A DNA stretch of 64,000 bases, taken from NCBI GenBank assembly GCA_963745025.1, contig CAVUWD010000016.1, positions 992,001 to 1,056,000 of the forward strand. The letters are read 5' to 3'. Shown piece by piece: positions 1-10,172 of this stretch (positions within the stretch are counted from its first letter, which is position 1; each line of letters begins with the position of its first letter). The notes below the pieces were generated by a model. That model did no database searches. It worked only from the letters and a program-made list of their open reading frames with translations, and was not told the origin of the DNA. A program made the position numbers and the translations under genes. The stretch comes from an uncultured delta proteobacterium (lineage in GTDB: Bacteria; Desulfobacterota; Binatia; JACPRU01).

Positions 1-1987
1 AGAGCACCAGCATCTCGGGAAACGCGCCGCGAAACGTCTTCATCACGCCGAGAAAGTCGGCCTCGTTCATGTTGTGCAGCGGGAGCCACTGGGCGAAGAT
101 GCCGTTCGGACGCAGCCGCGAGCGCACGATCCGATAGTAGTCCGCCGTGTAGAGCGGCCAGCTCTCCCCGGCGGCGGGATGCGTCGCGTCGGCCGCGATC
201 ACGTCGTAAGGCTCGTGCGCCAGCCGCAGGTAGTTCCGCCCATCGTCGGCGATCAGCCGCCAGTCGGTGCGATTCGCGGCATTGTTGTTCTCGTCCGCGA
301 AGAAACGCATCGCGTCGCGGACTTCCGGAACCAGCTCCACCGCCTCGACCCCGACGTCGTGCTGGAGCACGGCGCCGAGCGTGATACCGGCACCGAGAGC
401 GTTCACCAGCACGCGATGCGGGCTCGGGTGGAGCAAGAGCGGCCCGTGGCCGAGGAGCTTGAAGAAGAGCATCGCATCACGATGGTTGGGCACCTCCTCG
501 ATGCAATTGATGAGCAGCTCCTTGCGGTCGTCGACTTGAAACACCGAGATCGTTCCCGAGAGACCCTCGTGGTAGTAGAGAAGATCACCGCGGACCCCTT
601 GGTGGCCGTCGTACCAGCGGGTGAGCGTGAGCGGCCCGACGAAAGCGGCGGGAGCGAGGGCCGCCGCCGACACCGCGACCGCGAGCCCCATTCTCCGCCG
701 CGACGGATCGAGCCGCATCCGCACGAGCAGACCCGTGGCGATCGCCAGTCCCGCGACGCCGAGCAGGCTCCGGGCGAGCCCCAGGCCAGGGATCATCGCG
801 AATCCGGCGACCAGCGAGCCCACCAGGCTGCCCGCCGCGTCGGCCGCGAACACCGTCGAGACCGCGATGGCACTTTCGCCGTCTCGCGTCGGCGCCAGCG
901 CATCGACGAGGAGCGGGAGCAGAAACGCGCCGGCCGCCGACGCCGGCACCGTTGCGAGCATCGCCACCACCCAGCGGTCGATGCAGAGGTCGAGAACACC
1001 CCGCACGGGCCACGCTCGGCCGACGGCCGCGGCCACGTCGTAGAGGCGATTGAGGACCGGCAGCGAGCCGAGGACGAAGAGACACAGCAGCACCTCGACC
1101 GCGAAGAACAGGCGAAGCCTCGAGTCCGTGCCCGCCCGCTGGCCTCGCGAGCCAAGCGTCACGTAGAGGGCGGCACCGAGCGCCGAGCCGACCAGGACCG
1201 AGGCGAGGATCAGCGAGAAGGAGGTCGTGTTGTTCTCGACGACGCACACGAGCGTGCGGTTCCACACGACCTGAAGCGCCATCGTCTGGAATCCCGCGAG
1301 AAACGCCGCGGCCGAGAGCACACGACTTCTGTCGGACGAGGCCGTGCGTGGCTCCTCCGTCTCGCCGACGCGGGCGATCGTCGCCGGCAACATCACCGAG
1401 AGCGCGAGGCCGGCGAGCGCCACGCCGAGATTCAGCGTGGTGGCGATCTCGCTCGTCGATGCCGCCCCATAGAGCCGGATCCCGTACCACGCCGTGGCGA
1501 GGGTACCGATGACGCCGCCTAGCGTGTTGGCAGCGAGCAGGCTCGCCGCCGCACGGCCCGCGTTCATGAGCCCGGCGAGCCACCGCGAAACCACCGGTAG
1601 CGTGATTCCCATGAGCACAGTCGGCACGAGGAGCAGCGCCACGGCGAGCAGAGTGCGGATCGCGAGCGAGCCCGCCGAGCGCGCGTACACCGCATCCACG
1701 GCGGCGGCGAGCGTCGGGAACAAGAGCGCGTAGAGGGCGATCGCCGCCTCGGCCGCCGCATAGACCCGCAAGGGATGAACGGCGCGGAGCCAGCGTGCGC
1801 GGCCGAGCGCGTAGCCGCACGAGAGGCCGCCCATGAAGGCGCCGGTCACGACTGCGACCGAATACGTGGAAATGCCGAAGGAGAGCCGCAGGCTCCGCTC
1901 CCACAGCACCTCGTAGGCGAGCGCGCTCGCCCCCGAGCCGAGGAAGAGGATCGGGACCAGGAAGGCCCCGAGCCGCGCGGGTCGCAA
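1..1987 (-). CDS. Fused membrane (MFS-like)/spermidine synthase-family protein, runs off the left edge
   Basis: Not in the ORF track. Manual translation from TTG at 1987 gives FLGSGASALAYEVLWERSLRLSFGISTYSVAVVTGAFMGGL, and QWLPLHNM near 60-90; both are typical of this family. Confidence 0.85.
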   Translation of the reverse strand, partial: MRPARLGAFLVPILFLGSGASALAYEVLWERSLRLSFGISTYSVAVVTGAFMGGLSCGYALGRARWLRAVHPLRVYAAAEAAIALYALLFPTLAAAVDAVYARSAGSLAIRTLLAVALLLVPTVLMGITLPVVSRWLAGLMNAGRAAASLLAANTLGGVIGTLATAWYGIRLYGAASTSEIATTLNLGVALAGLALSVMLPATIARVGETEEPRTASSDRSRVLSAAAFLAGFQTMALQVVWNRTLVCVVENNTTSFSLILASVLVGSALGAALYVTLGSRGQRAGTDSRLRLFFAVEVLLCLFVLGSLPVLNRLYDVAAAVGRAWPVRGVLDLCIDRWVVAMLATVPASAAGAFLLPLLVDALAPTRDGESAIAVSTVFAADAAGSLVGSLVAGFAMIPGLGLARSLLGVAGLAIATGLLVRMRLDPSRRRMGLAVAVSAAALAPAAFVGPLTLTRWYDGHQGVRGDLLYYHEGLSGTISVFQVDDRKELLINCIEEVPNHRDAMLFFKLLGHGPLLLHPSPHRVLVNALGAGITLGAVLQHDVGVEAVELVPEVRDAMRFFADENNNAANRTDWRLIADDGRNYLRLAHEPYDVIAADATHPAAGESWPLYTADYYRIVRSRLRPNGIFAQWLPLHNMNEADFLGVMKTFRGAFPEMLVL

Positions 1988-2001
1988 TGTCCGTCCCGTG
2001 G

Positions 2002-2859
2002 TTACGCGCTGGCCTCGAAGTTGACGTCGTAGTCATCCGCTTCGCCGGTCTGGTCGTCGATCAACGCCAGAGACCCGCCCGTATAGGTGCCCGCCGCGAA
2101 AAAGACGAAGCCCGTCACGCTCTCTCCGTGCTTGACCTTGGTCGGCCTGAGAAGCTTGGACTTGATGTCGGGATCGGCGGCCGAAAGCCTGCGCTCCGCG
2201 TCCGCCGGCGCCATCGGCAACACCGGTTGGCCTCCTTCTCCAATCGCCCGCAGGCGCTGGGGATCGACGCTCAGTGTGCGCTCGCCCGCGTTGAGCACCC
2301 GCACCCAGACGGCGACGACTCCGAGCGGCTCGAGCTCGGTCGGAAACTCGATCTTCGCTTCCGGGCCCCGGTAGAGCACCATATTCACGACCGGCCCCTT
2401 CGGCGGAGGCCAGACCCGATCGCCCATGTCGGCGACCTGGTAAAACCCGAAGCGCAGGCCGTCGTTGACCCACTGGCCGCTGCCCGACGGCGAGACCGTC
2501 ACGCCGTCGGCGCCACAGGTCACGGTGAGACGCGACGTGACCTTGTCGGCATCGTTTCGACCTTCGATGGTCGTGTCGCTGCCACTGCGCTCGACGCTGG
2601 TGATCCGGTAGTTCCGCGCCTTCAGCGTTCTCGCCCCGTAGCGTCTCCCATCCTCACAGCTGATGTTGTAGACCTTGCGCTCGAGGTGTGGTTTCGCTGC
2701 GTTTCCCTCGGACAGCGGTCCGGTCAGGCAGCCGCTCGACGCCACGGCCGCAAACACCGCCGCGACGGCGCAGGCTCCTCCCTCTCGACGCGTGCGATAG
2801 AAGCTCCTCGGCATCATCCACCTGCGCTTCGGATAAAACAGATCGCTTTTGTTTGGCAA
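2002..2859 (-). CDS. Hypothetical lipoprotein (true start may be ~2815)
   Basis: Hydrophobic stretch followed by lipobox-like ASSGC; protein-like composition; abuts the downstream gene. Confidence 0.7.
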   Translation of the reverse strand: MPNKSDLFYPKRRWMMPRSFYRTRREGGACAVAAVFAAVASSGCLTGPLSEGNAAKPHLERKVYNISCEDGRRYGARTLKARNYRITSVERSGSDTTIEGRNDADKVTSRLTVTCGADGVTVSPSGSGQWVNDGLRFGFYQVADMGDRVWPPPKGPVVNMVLYRGPEAKIEFPTELEPLGVVAVWVRVLNAGERTLSVDPQRLRAIGEGGQPVLPMAPADAERRLSAADPDIKSKLLRPTKVKHGESVTGFVFFAAGTYTGGSLALIDDQTGEADDYDVNFEASA

Positions 2860-2996
2860 GAGCGAGACCGGCGACGGCCGATACCGCCCGGCTCGTCCGA
2901 AGGATTTCGGCCTTTCATTTCTCCGATCATTGACATTCTCGATGCGTCTCGCAATGGTGCCGGCGTTTTCAGCTCCATCGCGGGAGGAGTGGAACC

Positions 2997-3281
2997 ATGA
3001 CCGACACGAAGAGTGCGGAGGCCCAGATCAAGGAAGCCGTCTGGACGTACGGCGGGTGGTTCGTCTTGCTCAGCTTGACGTTCGGAGCGGGAGCGGCGCT
3101 CGCTTACATCTTCTGGGGAGATGCCCCTCGCCTGCGTGCCGAAAATGCAGATCTCACCAAGAAAGTTGCCGCGGCGCGCGCCGAACGGGAGAACGTTCAA
3201 ACCCAGCTGACGATGACGCAGGAGGAGGTGGCGCGTTGCCAACGGAAGCTCGCGGCCGCACCGTCCTCCCCGACGCAATGA
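2997..3281 (+). CDS. Small membrane-anchored coiled-coil protein
   Basis: GGAGG RBS, one TM helix, then a heptad-rich tail. Confidence 0.7.
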   Translation: MTDTKSAEAQIKEAVWTYGGWFVLLSLTFGAGAALAYIFWGDAPRLRAENADLTKKVAAARAERENVQTQLTMTQEEVARCQRKLAAAPSSPTQ

Positions 3282-3368
3282 CGGGTCGCCGAGCCCGTTA
3301 GCCCGCATCACCGATCGCTCCCGTCGGCGATCCGAATCTCCGGCTAGGCATACCGCCGAAGGAGCCGT

Positions 3369-4184
3369 TTAGTCCCGGACCGCCGGCAACTGGCCGGGCG
3401 AGCGTGGCGGCAGCACCGAATACTCCATCAGCTCGATTCGCGTCCGCTCGCGCTCGTGCTTGACGTCGTCCCACTGGCGCGTGAGAACGAGGCCGACTCC
3501 GGGCGCATACCAATCCGCGTAATGGAAGACGAGATCCTCTCCTGGACGGTAGCCGGAGTTCGGGCCCTCCGTTGAGGAAGTGTCGACCCGAACGCAGTCC
3601 GTGAAGGTGCCTGCCGATACCCTCACGGTCTCGCGCTCAATTGCGACCGTGTGACGGAAGCTCACCTTGAAGCCGAGGTCGCCGACGCCAAAGGCTTGGC
3701 TATTGCTGTCCCACGTCTCCCCGTTTGCCAGTGCTTCCGGCAGAAACTGCGTGTCGCCCGATCCACTCGCCGCTACCACTTTCCCCGCCTGGTAGGTGAG
3801 CAATATGCGATTCAGGTAGCCGTTCTCGTGAAAATAGAGAATCGGCTCCTGCTCCTCGAGGATGTAGGGGCCGCCCGGCCCGAAGCTCGAATAGCGCTCT
3901 TCGACGCCGATCCCGTCGCGTTTCAGCGAATCGACGAACTGCCGGCCATGCACGCGCACCTTGCTCAGGTAGGCGAGCTTCTTCACGAAATCTTGGACGC
4001 GATAGGTCCATTGGCTCTGGTCGGTCAGCGGAAAGTACGATTCGACCGCTATCTTCGCCGTGACGTCCGGGGCGCGTGGGCTCGACGGCTTCGACGCCAG
4101 GGGCTCGCCGCAAGACGCGAGCAACGCTCCGAGCAGCAAGGCCGGCAGCACCGTGGCATTCGTGCGTCCCAGAGATGTTTCCAC
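3369..4184 (-). CDS. Hypothetical lipoprotein, beta-rich (DUF3108-like C-terminus)
   Basis: Lipobox LLASC; motifs ETVRVSAGTFTDC and WYAPGVGLV. Confidence 0.75.
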   Translation of the reverse strand: METSLGRTNATVLPALLLGALLASCGEPLASKPSSPRAPDVTAKIAVESYFPLTDQSQWTYRVQDFVKKLAYLSKVRVHGRQFVDSLKRDGIGVEERYSSFGPGGPYILEEQEPILYFHENGYLNRILLTYQAGKVVAASGSGDTQFLPEALANGETWDSNSQAFGVGDLGFKVSFRHTVAIERETVRVSAGTFTDCVRVDTSSTEGPNSGYRPGEDLVFHYADWYAPGVGLVLTRQWDDVKHERERTRIELMEYSVLPPRSPGQLPAVRD

Positions 4185-4319
4185 CTAACTCCACCTGTGC
4201 CTCCACTCGCTAGTCGTTGGCAAAATACGAGAGGTACGAAGCGTCGGTACGCCCGAGGAGCCCCAACACTACGCCGCTGCTACTGCAACCGCCCTCCATC
4301 TGCATCTTCGCGCCTTCGC

Positions 4320-6731
4320 TCAAGGGATCGTACCCGTCGCCGCGGCCTTCTCCCGAGCCGCCTCGTCGGGCTTCACCAGCAGCGTCATGAACTTCGGCCG
4401 GATGATGACCATCAACGCCGGCAGCAGCGTCATCGTCGACATGAAGCTGATCGTCATCCACAGGAAGAGCAGCAGCCCCATCTCCGAATTGAAGCGGATG
4501 TTCGAAACCGCCCAGGCCAGAGTCGACACCGCGAGCGACGCCGCGGTGAACGTCACCGCCTTGCCGGCGGTCTGCATTCCGCGCTGGACCGCCACGTCGA
4601 AGTTGCGGTGGTCGCGGTACTCTTCGATCGCGCGGCTCACGATGTAGAGGCCGTAGTCGATGCCGAACCCGACGCCGACCGTGACCACCGGCAGCGACTG
4701 CAGGTTGATGCCGAGGTGGCGGAAACCGATGTAGGCGTTGATCACACCGTTGGCGAGGAACAGCGGAACGAGCATGAGGATACCGGCCACGAACGACCGG
4801 TACGTGAACAGCAGGACGAAGTAGATCGTCCCGAAGCCGAGGAAGTTCATCAAGATATCGTTCTTGAGGATCTCCTCGTTGGCGGCCGCCGTCACGCCGA
4901 TGAGGCCGCCCGCCAGCCGGAAGTCAACCTTGTTGCTGGGAAACTTCTGCACGTAATCGCGGCAGCGCTCGATGATGCGCGCCACGGTATCGCCCTGATG
5001 GTTGCGGCAGAAGAACGTGACGTGCGCCATGGTGTACGACGGATCGAGGTACTTGGACGTCTCGGAGGGCGGCGCGCCGGCGAAGTAGAAGAAGAAGAGG
5101 TTGGCGATTCGGCCGGTCGACTCCGGGATCACGCCCCAGCGAGGCTGCGTATCGTAGAACACACTGTTGATGGACTTGACGATGTCGGCCAGCGAGAAGC
5201 TGTAGCCGATCTCGGGGTCGCTATCGACGTAGCGCTGGAAGGACTCCATCGCGTCTTCGGATTCGGGGTCCTTCAACGCCCCCTTCTCTTTGCCTTCGAC
5301 CACGATGATCAGCGGCTCGACGCCGCCGAAGAATTTCTGGATGCGCGTGTGGGCCTGGTTATAGGGCGAGTCGGGCTGCAGAAGCGGCGTCGACGCCGTC
5401 GCGTCACCGATCGTGATGTGCTTCAGCTGGGTGAATGCAAGCAGGAACGCACCAACCCAGACCACCACCGACACCCAGCGCCCCTTGGGCCCGACGACGA
5501 GGTGGCTCCACCAGGTGATGAGATTCTGGAACGGCCCTTCCTCGCGGGAGAGCACGTTCTCTTTCTCGGGGGCCTTCAGGTAGTAGTAGATGATCGGATT
5601 CAGGATCAGCTCGGAGAGCACGATCGCCGCCACCCAGATCGAGGCGGAGATGGCGATGCGCTGCAGGATCACCACCGGCACCAGCACGATCACCAGCATG
5701 CCGAGCGCGTCGGTGACGATCCCCGAGAGCGTCGGCTCGAAGAGCTCGGCGAACGCAGAGACAATCGCCTGCTCCTTGTTCCAGTTGTGCCGGTGGTACT
5801 CCTCGTAATAGCGGTCGTGCATCTGCACCGAGTGGCTGACCGCCCGGGCGGTGACGAAGAACGGGATCACTAGCGCCAGCGGATCCATCGGGAAGCCGAT
5901 CAGCTTGACGACGCCGAGGCCCCAGATCGCCGAGATCACGCCCGTCAGCGTCGGGCGGAGCGCGCCTCGCCAGTCGTGGAAGTACATGTAGAGCAGGATC
6001 CACATGAAGATGGTGCAGGCGCCGAAGATCCACCAAACCTCGCTGGTGTAGTAATAAATCCAGCCGTAGAGGCGGGGCTCACCCGCGACCCAAACGGTGG
6101 TGTTAGCGTCCTGGAACGGCTTGATGATCTTGTCGTCGACGTCGTGGAAGAGCTGGCGGTAGTTGACGCGCCCCTCGAAGAAGTTGGCCCGGATCAGCGC
6201 GGCCTTGTCGTCGAGCGAAACGAGAATGCCGTGCAGGCTGTCGGAATAGTGAACGATGTTGCGCACGTCGTCGACGTCCCTGTCCGTTTTCGGCGCGCGC
6301 CGCATCACCGGCGGCGTGGCGATCGATGCGCCCTCGAACTTCATGTAGCGGGTCGAGCGGTGGCCGATCGAGTCGATCTGGTCGTGGTTGATGCCGGGCA
6401 GGACGTCGATGATCTTCGTCATCTCGAAGATCTTCGTCAGGGTGTCCTTGTTGAAGATCGTCCCGTCCTTGACCTCGACCATGATCGTGATGTTGTTCGC
6501 GCCGCCGAACTGATTCGCGAACTTGGTGTGCACCAGCACGAACGGGTGCCGGTACGGCAGGAGGTCGCCAAACTCGGTGAACATCTCCATCTTGAACGCG
6601 AAGAACATCATCACGGCCGTGAAGCCATAGGTGATGACCGCGACCATCTTGCGGTGGTCGATCAGCCACTGCCCGAGACGATAAAGCGCCGCCTTTTCCT
6701 GATGGACGATGAGCTTGTCGTTGTCAGCCAT
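4320..6731 (-). CDS. MMPL/RND-family transporter, copy B (803 aa)
   Basis: Two repeats of TM plus periplasmic domain; GFGIDYGLY motif; overlaps the upstream YCF48-type stop. Confidence 0.92.
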   Translation of the reverse strand: MADNDKLIVHQEKAALYRLGQWLIDHRKMVAVITYGFTAVMMFFAFKMEMFTEFGDLLPYRHPFVLVHTKFANQFGGANNITIMVEVKDGTIFNKDTLTKIFEMTKIIDVLPGINHDQIDSIGHRSTRYMKFEGASIATPPVMRRAPKTDRDVDDVRNIVHYSDSLHGILVSLDDKAALIRANFFEGRVNYRQLFHDVDDKIIKPFQDANTTVWVAGEPRLYGWIYYYTSEVWWIFGACTIFMWILLYMYFHDWRGALRPTLTGVISAIWGLGVVKLIGFPMDPLALVIPFFVTARAVSHSVQMHDRYYEEYHRHNWNKEQAIVSAFAELFEPTLSGIVTDALGMLVIVLVPVVILQRIAISASIWVAAIVLSELILNPIIYYYLKAPEKENVLSREEGPFQNLITWWSHLVVGPKGRWVSVVVWVGAFLLAFTQLKHITIGDATASTPLLQPDSPYNQAHTRIQKFFGGVEPLIIVVEGKEKGALKDPESEDAMESFQRYVDSDPEIGYSFSLADIVKSINSVFYDTQPRWGVIPESTGRIANLFFFYFAGAPPSETSKYLDPSYTMAHVTFFCRNHQGDTVARIIERCRDYVQKFPSNKVDFRLAGGLIGVTAAANEEILKNDILMNFLGFGTIYFVLLFTYRSFVAGILMLVPLFLANGVINAYIGFRHLGINLQSLPVVTVGVGFGIDYGLYIVSRAIEEYRDHRNFDVAVQRGMQTAGKAVTFTAASLAVSTLAWAVSNIRFNSEMGLLLFLWMTISFMSTMTLLPALMVIIRPKFMTLLVKPDEAAREKAAATGTIP

Positions 6732-7611
6732 TGGCCTTCCACTCCCATTTCTCGCCGAAGTCGCCGGTGGTCAGCAGCAGCCCATGGCCGCCCCCCGCCA
6801 CACCGTGGCCCGCCGCGTCGAAGTCGGACGCCGAGAGCCAGGTAAACACGCCCGCCGGCACGTCGGCCGGCTTCCAGCCGCTCTCCGGGTTGCCGCGCAG
6901 CAGCGCGCCGCTGGCACCGACGACGAGGTAGTCGCCGTCGGGCAGCGCGCGGATGTCGTAGAGCGGCGCGTTGCCCGGGACCTGATTCCAGGTCCAGTTC
7001 ACTCCGTCCGAAGTCGAGGCGATCGCCCCGCACGTGCCGACTGCCACGGCGTGCTGCGCGTCGCGCGCACGGACGCAGAGGAACGTCGGCATCGACATCA
7101 CGTCCCGGTAGATGGTTTTTCCGCCGAGTAGCCCGCCATGGCCGGCGCCCCAGGTCAGTGCTTCCGGCAGAAACTGCGTGTCGCCCGATCCACTCGCCGC
7201 TACCACTTTCCCCGCCTGGTAGGTGAGCAATATGCGATTCAGGTAGCCGTTCTCGTGAAAATAGAGAATCGGCTCCTGCTCCTCGAGGATGTAGGGGCCG
7301 CCCGGCCCGAAGCTCGAATAGCGCTCTTCGACGCCGATCCCGTCGCGTTTCAGCGAATCGACGAACTGCCGGCCATGCACGCGCACCTTGCTCAGGTAGG
7401 CGAGCTTCTTCGCGAAATCTTGGACGCGATAGGTCCATTGGCTCTGGTCGGTCAGCGGAAAGTACGATTCGACCGCAATCTTCGCCGTGACGTCCGGGGC
7501 GCGTGGACTCGACGGCTTCGACGCCAGGGGCTTGCCGCAAGACGCGAGCAGCGCTCCGAGCAGCAAGGCCGGCAGCACCGTGGCATTCGTGCGTCCCAGA
7601 GACGCTTCCAC
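6724..7611 (-). CDS. Chimeric ORF: lipoprotein N-terminus fused in frame to a YCF48-like C-terminus
   Basis: First ~152 aa match 3369..4184 and last ~143 aa match 10165..11259; junction TQFLPEAL|TWGAGHGG at ~7156. Confidence 0.85.
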   Translation of the reverse strand: MEASLGRTNATVLPALLLGALLASCGKPLASKPSSPRAPDVTAKIAVESYFPLTDQSQWTYRVQDFAKKLAYLSKVRVHGRQFVDSLKRDGIGVEERYSSFGPGGPYILEEQEPILYFHENGYLNRILLTYQAGKVVAASGSGDTQFLPEALTWGAGHGGLLGGKTIYRDVMSMPTFLCVRARDAQHAVAVGTCGAIASTSDGVNWTWNQVPGNAPLYDIRALPDGDYLVVGASGALLRGNPESGWKPADVPAGVFTWLSASDFDAAGHGVAGGGHGLLLTTGDFGEKWEWKANG

Positions 7612-7760
7612 CTAACTCCACCTGTGCCTACGCGGGTCGGCGCAGACGGTGGGAACTCGCTAGTCGTTGGCAAGGTACGAAGCGTCGGTACGCCCGAGGA
7701 GCCCCAACACCGCGCCGCTGCTACTGCAATCGCCCTCCATCTGCACCTTCGTGCATTCGC

Positions 7761-10172
7761 TCAGCGGGTCGCACCCGTCACCGCGGCCTTCTCCCGGGCC
7801 GCCTCAGCGGGCTTTACGAGCTGGGTCATGAACTTCGGCTCCACGATGACCATCAACGCCGGCAGCAGCGTCATCGTCGAGAGGAAGCTGATCGTCATCC
7901 ACAGGAAGAGTAGGAGCCCCATCTCGGAATTGAACCGAATGTTCGAAAACGCCCAGGCCAGAGTCGACACCGCGAGCGACACAGCGGTGAACGTCACCGC
8001 CTTGCCGGCGGTCTGAATTCCGCGCTGGACCGCCACGACGAAGTCGCGGTGGTCGCGGTACTCTTCGATCGCGCGGCTCACGATGTAGAGGCCGTAGTCG
8101 ATGCCGAACCCGACGCCGACCGTGACCACCGGCAGCGACTGCAGGTTGATGCCGAGGTTGCGGAAGCCGATGTAGGCGTTGATCACGCCGTTGGCGAGGA
8201 ACAGCGGGATCAACATGAGGATGCCGGCCATGAACGACCGGTAGGTGAAGAGCAGGATGAGGAAGATCGTCCCGAAGCCGAGGAAGTTCATCAAGATGTC
8301 GTTCCTGAGGATCTCCTCGTTGGCGGCCGCCGTCACGCCGATGAGGCCGCCCGCCAACCGGAAGTCCACCTTGTTGTTGGGGAACTTCTCCACGTAATCG
8401 CGGCAGCGCTTGATGATGCGCGCCACGGTGTCACCCTGATGGTTACGGCAGAAGAACGTGACGTGCGCCATGGTGTACGACGGATCGAGGTACTTGGACG
8501 TCTCGGAGGGCGGCGCGCCAGCGAAGTAGAAGAAGAAGAGGTTGGAGATTCGGCCGGTCTGCTCCGGGATCACGCCCCAGCGCGGCTGCGTATCGTAGAA
8601 CACACTGTTGATGGACTTGATGGTGTCGGCCAGCGAGAAGCTGTAGCCGATCTCGGGATCGATATCGACGTAGCGCTGGAATCCCTCCATCGCATCTACG
8701 GCTTCGGGGTCCTTCAACGCCCCCTTCTCTTTGCCTTCGACCACGATGATCAGCGGCTCGACGCCGCCGAAGAAGTTCTGGATGCGCATGTGCGCCTGGT
8801 TGTAGGGCGAGTTGGGCTGCAGCAAGGGCGTGGACGCCGTCGCGTCACCGATCGTGATGTGCTTCAGCTGGGTCAAGGCCAGCAGGAATGAGCCGACCCA
8901 TACCACAACACTCACCCAACGGCCCTTCGGACCAACGACGAGGTGGCTCCACCAGGTGATGATCCTCTGGAACGGCCCTTCGTCGCGGGAGAGCACGTTC
9001 TCTTTCTCGGGGGGCTTCAGGTAGTAGTAGATGATCGGATTCAGGACCAGCTCCGAGAGCACGATCGCCGCCACCCAGATCGAAGCGGAGATCGCGATCC
9101 GCTGCAGGATCACCACCGGAATCAAGACGATCGCCAGCATCCCGAGCGCATCGCAGATGATCCCCGAGAGTGTCGGCTCGAAGAGCTCGGCGAACGCGGA
9201 TACGATCGCCTGGGTCTTGTTCCAGTTGTGGCGGCGGTATTCTTCGTAATAGCGGTCGTGCATCTGCACCGAGTGGCTGACCGACCGCGCCGTGACGAAG
9301 AACGGGATCACCAGCGACAGCGGATCCAGCGGGAAGCCGATCAGGTGCACGACGCCGAGGCCCCAGATCGCCGACATCACGCCGGTGAGCGTCGGACGGA
9401 GCGCGCCCCGCCAGTCGTGGAAGTACGAGTAGAGTAGGATCCACAGAAAGACGGTGCAGCCGGCGAAGATGTACCAAACCTCACTGGTGTAGTAATAAAT
9501 CCAGCCGTAGAGCCGGGGCTCACCCGCGACCTGGATGATGGTGTTGTCGTCCTGGAACGGCTTGATGATCTTGTCGTCGACGTCGTAGAAGAGCTGGCGG
9601 TAGTTGACGCGCCCCTCGAAGAAGTTGGCGCGGATCAGCGCGGCCTTGTCGTCGAGCGAAACGAGAATGCCGTGCAGGCTGTCGGAATAGTGGACGATGT
9701 TGCGCACGTCGTCGACGTCCCCGTCCGTTTTCGGCACGCGCCGCATCACCGGCGGCGTGGCGATCGAGGCGCCCTCCAACTTCATGTAGCGGGTCGAGCG
9801 GTGGCCGATCGAGTCGATCTGGTCGTGGTTGATGCCGGGCAGGACGTCGATGATCTGAGTCATCTTGAAGATCTTCGTCAGGGTGTCCTTGTTGAAGATC
9901 GTCCCGTTCTTGACCTCGATCAGGATCGTGATGTTGTTCGCGCCGCCGAATTGATTCGCGAACTTGGTGTGCACCTGCACGAACGGGTGCCGGTACGGCA
10001 GGAGGTCGCCGAACTCGGTGAACATCTCCATCCTGAACGCGAAGAACAGCATCAGGGCCGTGAAGGCATAGGTGACGACCGCGACCGGCTTGCGGTAGTC
10101 GATCAGCCACTGCCCGAGACGATAGAGCGCCGCCTTTTCCTGATGGACGATGAGCTTTTCGTCGTCAGCCAT
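7761..10172 (-). CDS. MMPL/RND-family transporter, copy A (803 aa)
   Basis: Same motifs as copy B; ~80 substitutions by manual count (about 90% identity). Confidence 0.92.
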   Translation of the reverse strand: MADDEKLIVHQEKAALYRLGQWLIDYRKPVAVVTYAFTALMLFFAFRMEMFTEFGDLLPYRHPFVQVHTKFANQFGGANNITILIEVKNGTIFNKDTLTKIFKMTQIIDVLPGINHDQIDSIGHRSTRYMKLEGASIATPPVMRRVPKTDGDVDDVRNIVHYSDSLHGILVSLDDKAALIRANFFEGRVNYRQLFYDVDDKIIKPFQDDNTIIQVAGEPRLYGWIYYYTSEVWYIFAGCTVFLWILLYSYFHDWRGALRPTLTGVMSAIWGLGVVHLIGFPLDPLSLVIPFFVTARSVSHSVQMHDRYYEEYRRHNWNKTQAIVSAFAELFEPTLSGIICDALGMLAIVLIPVVILQRIAISASIWVAAIVLSELVLNPIIYYYLKPPEKENVLSRDEGPFQRIITWWSHLVVGPKGRWVSVVVWVGSFLLALTQLKHITIGDATASTPLLQPNSPYNQAHMRIQNFFGGVEPLIIVVEGKEKGALKDPEAVDAMEGFQRYVDIDPEIGYSFSLADTIKSINSVFYDTQPRWGVIPEQTGRISNLFFFYFAGAPPSETSKYLDPSYTMAHVTFFCRNHQGDTVARIIKRCRDYVEKFPNNKVDFRLAGGLIGVTAAANEEILRNDILMNFLGFGTIFLILLFTYRSFMAGILMLIPLFLANGVINAYIGFRNLGINLQSLPVVTVGVGFGIDYGLYIVSRAIEEYRDHRDFVVAVQRGIQTAGKAVTFTAVSLAVSTLAWAFSNIRFNSEMGLLLFLWMTISFLSTMTLLPALMVIVEPKFMTQLVKPAEAAREKAAVTGATR

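Noticed and set aside
4220-4252. Possible extra copy of the post-stop element (GAGGTACGAAGCGTCGGTACGC, 18/22 to copy 3)
   Set aside because: Opposite orientation to the genes, no TCGGTTGC block, not at the fixed stop-codon distance; at most a partial match
3651-5873. Long ORFs antisense to real genes (also 74..1522, 39144..41357, 45907..48333, 57981..60041 and many shorter ones)
   Set aside because: Shadow ORFs caused by GC3 bias; they have no family motifs, while the opposite strand has clear ones
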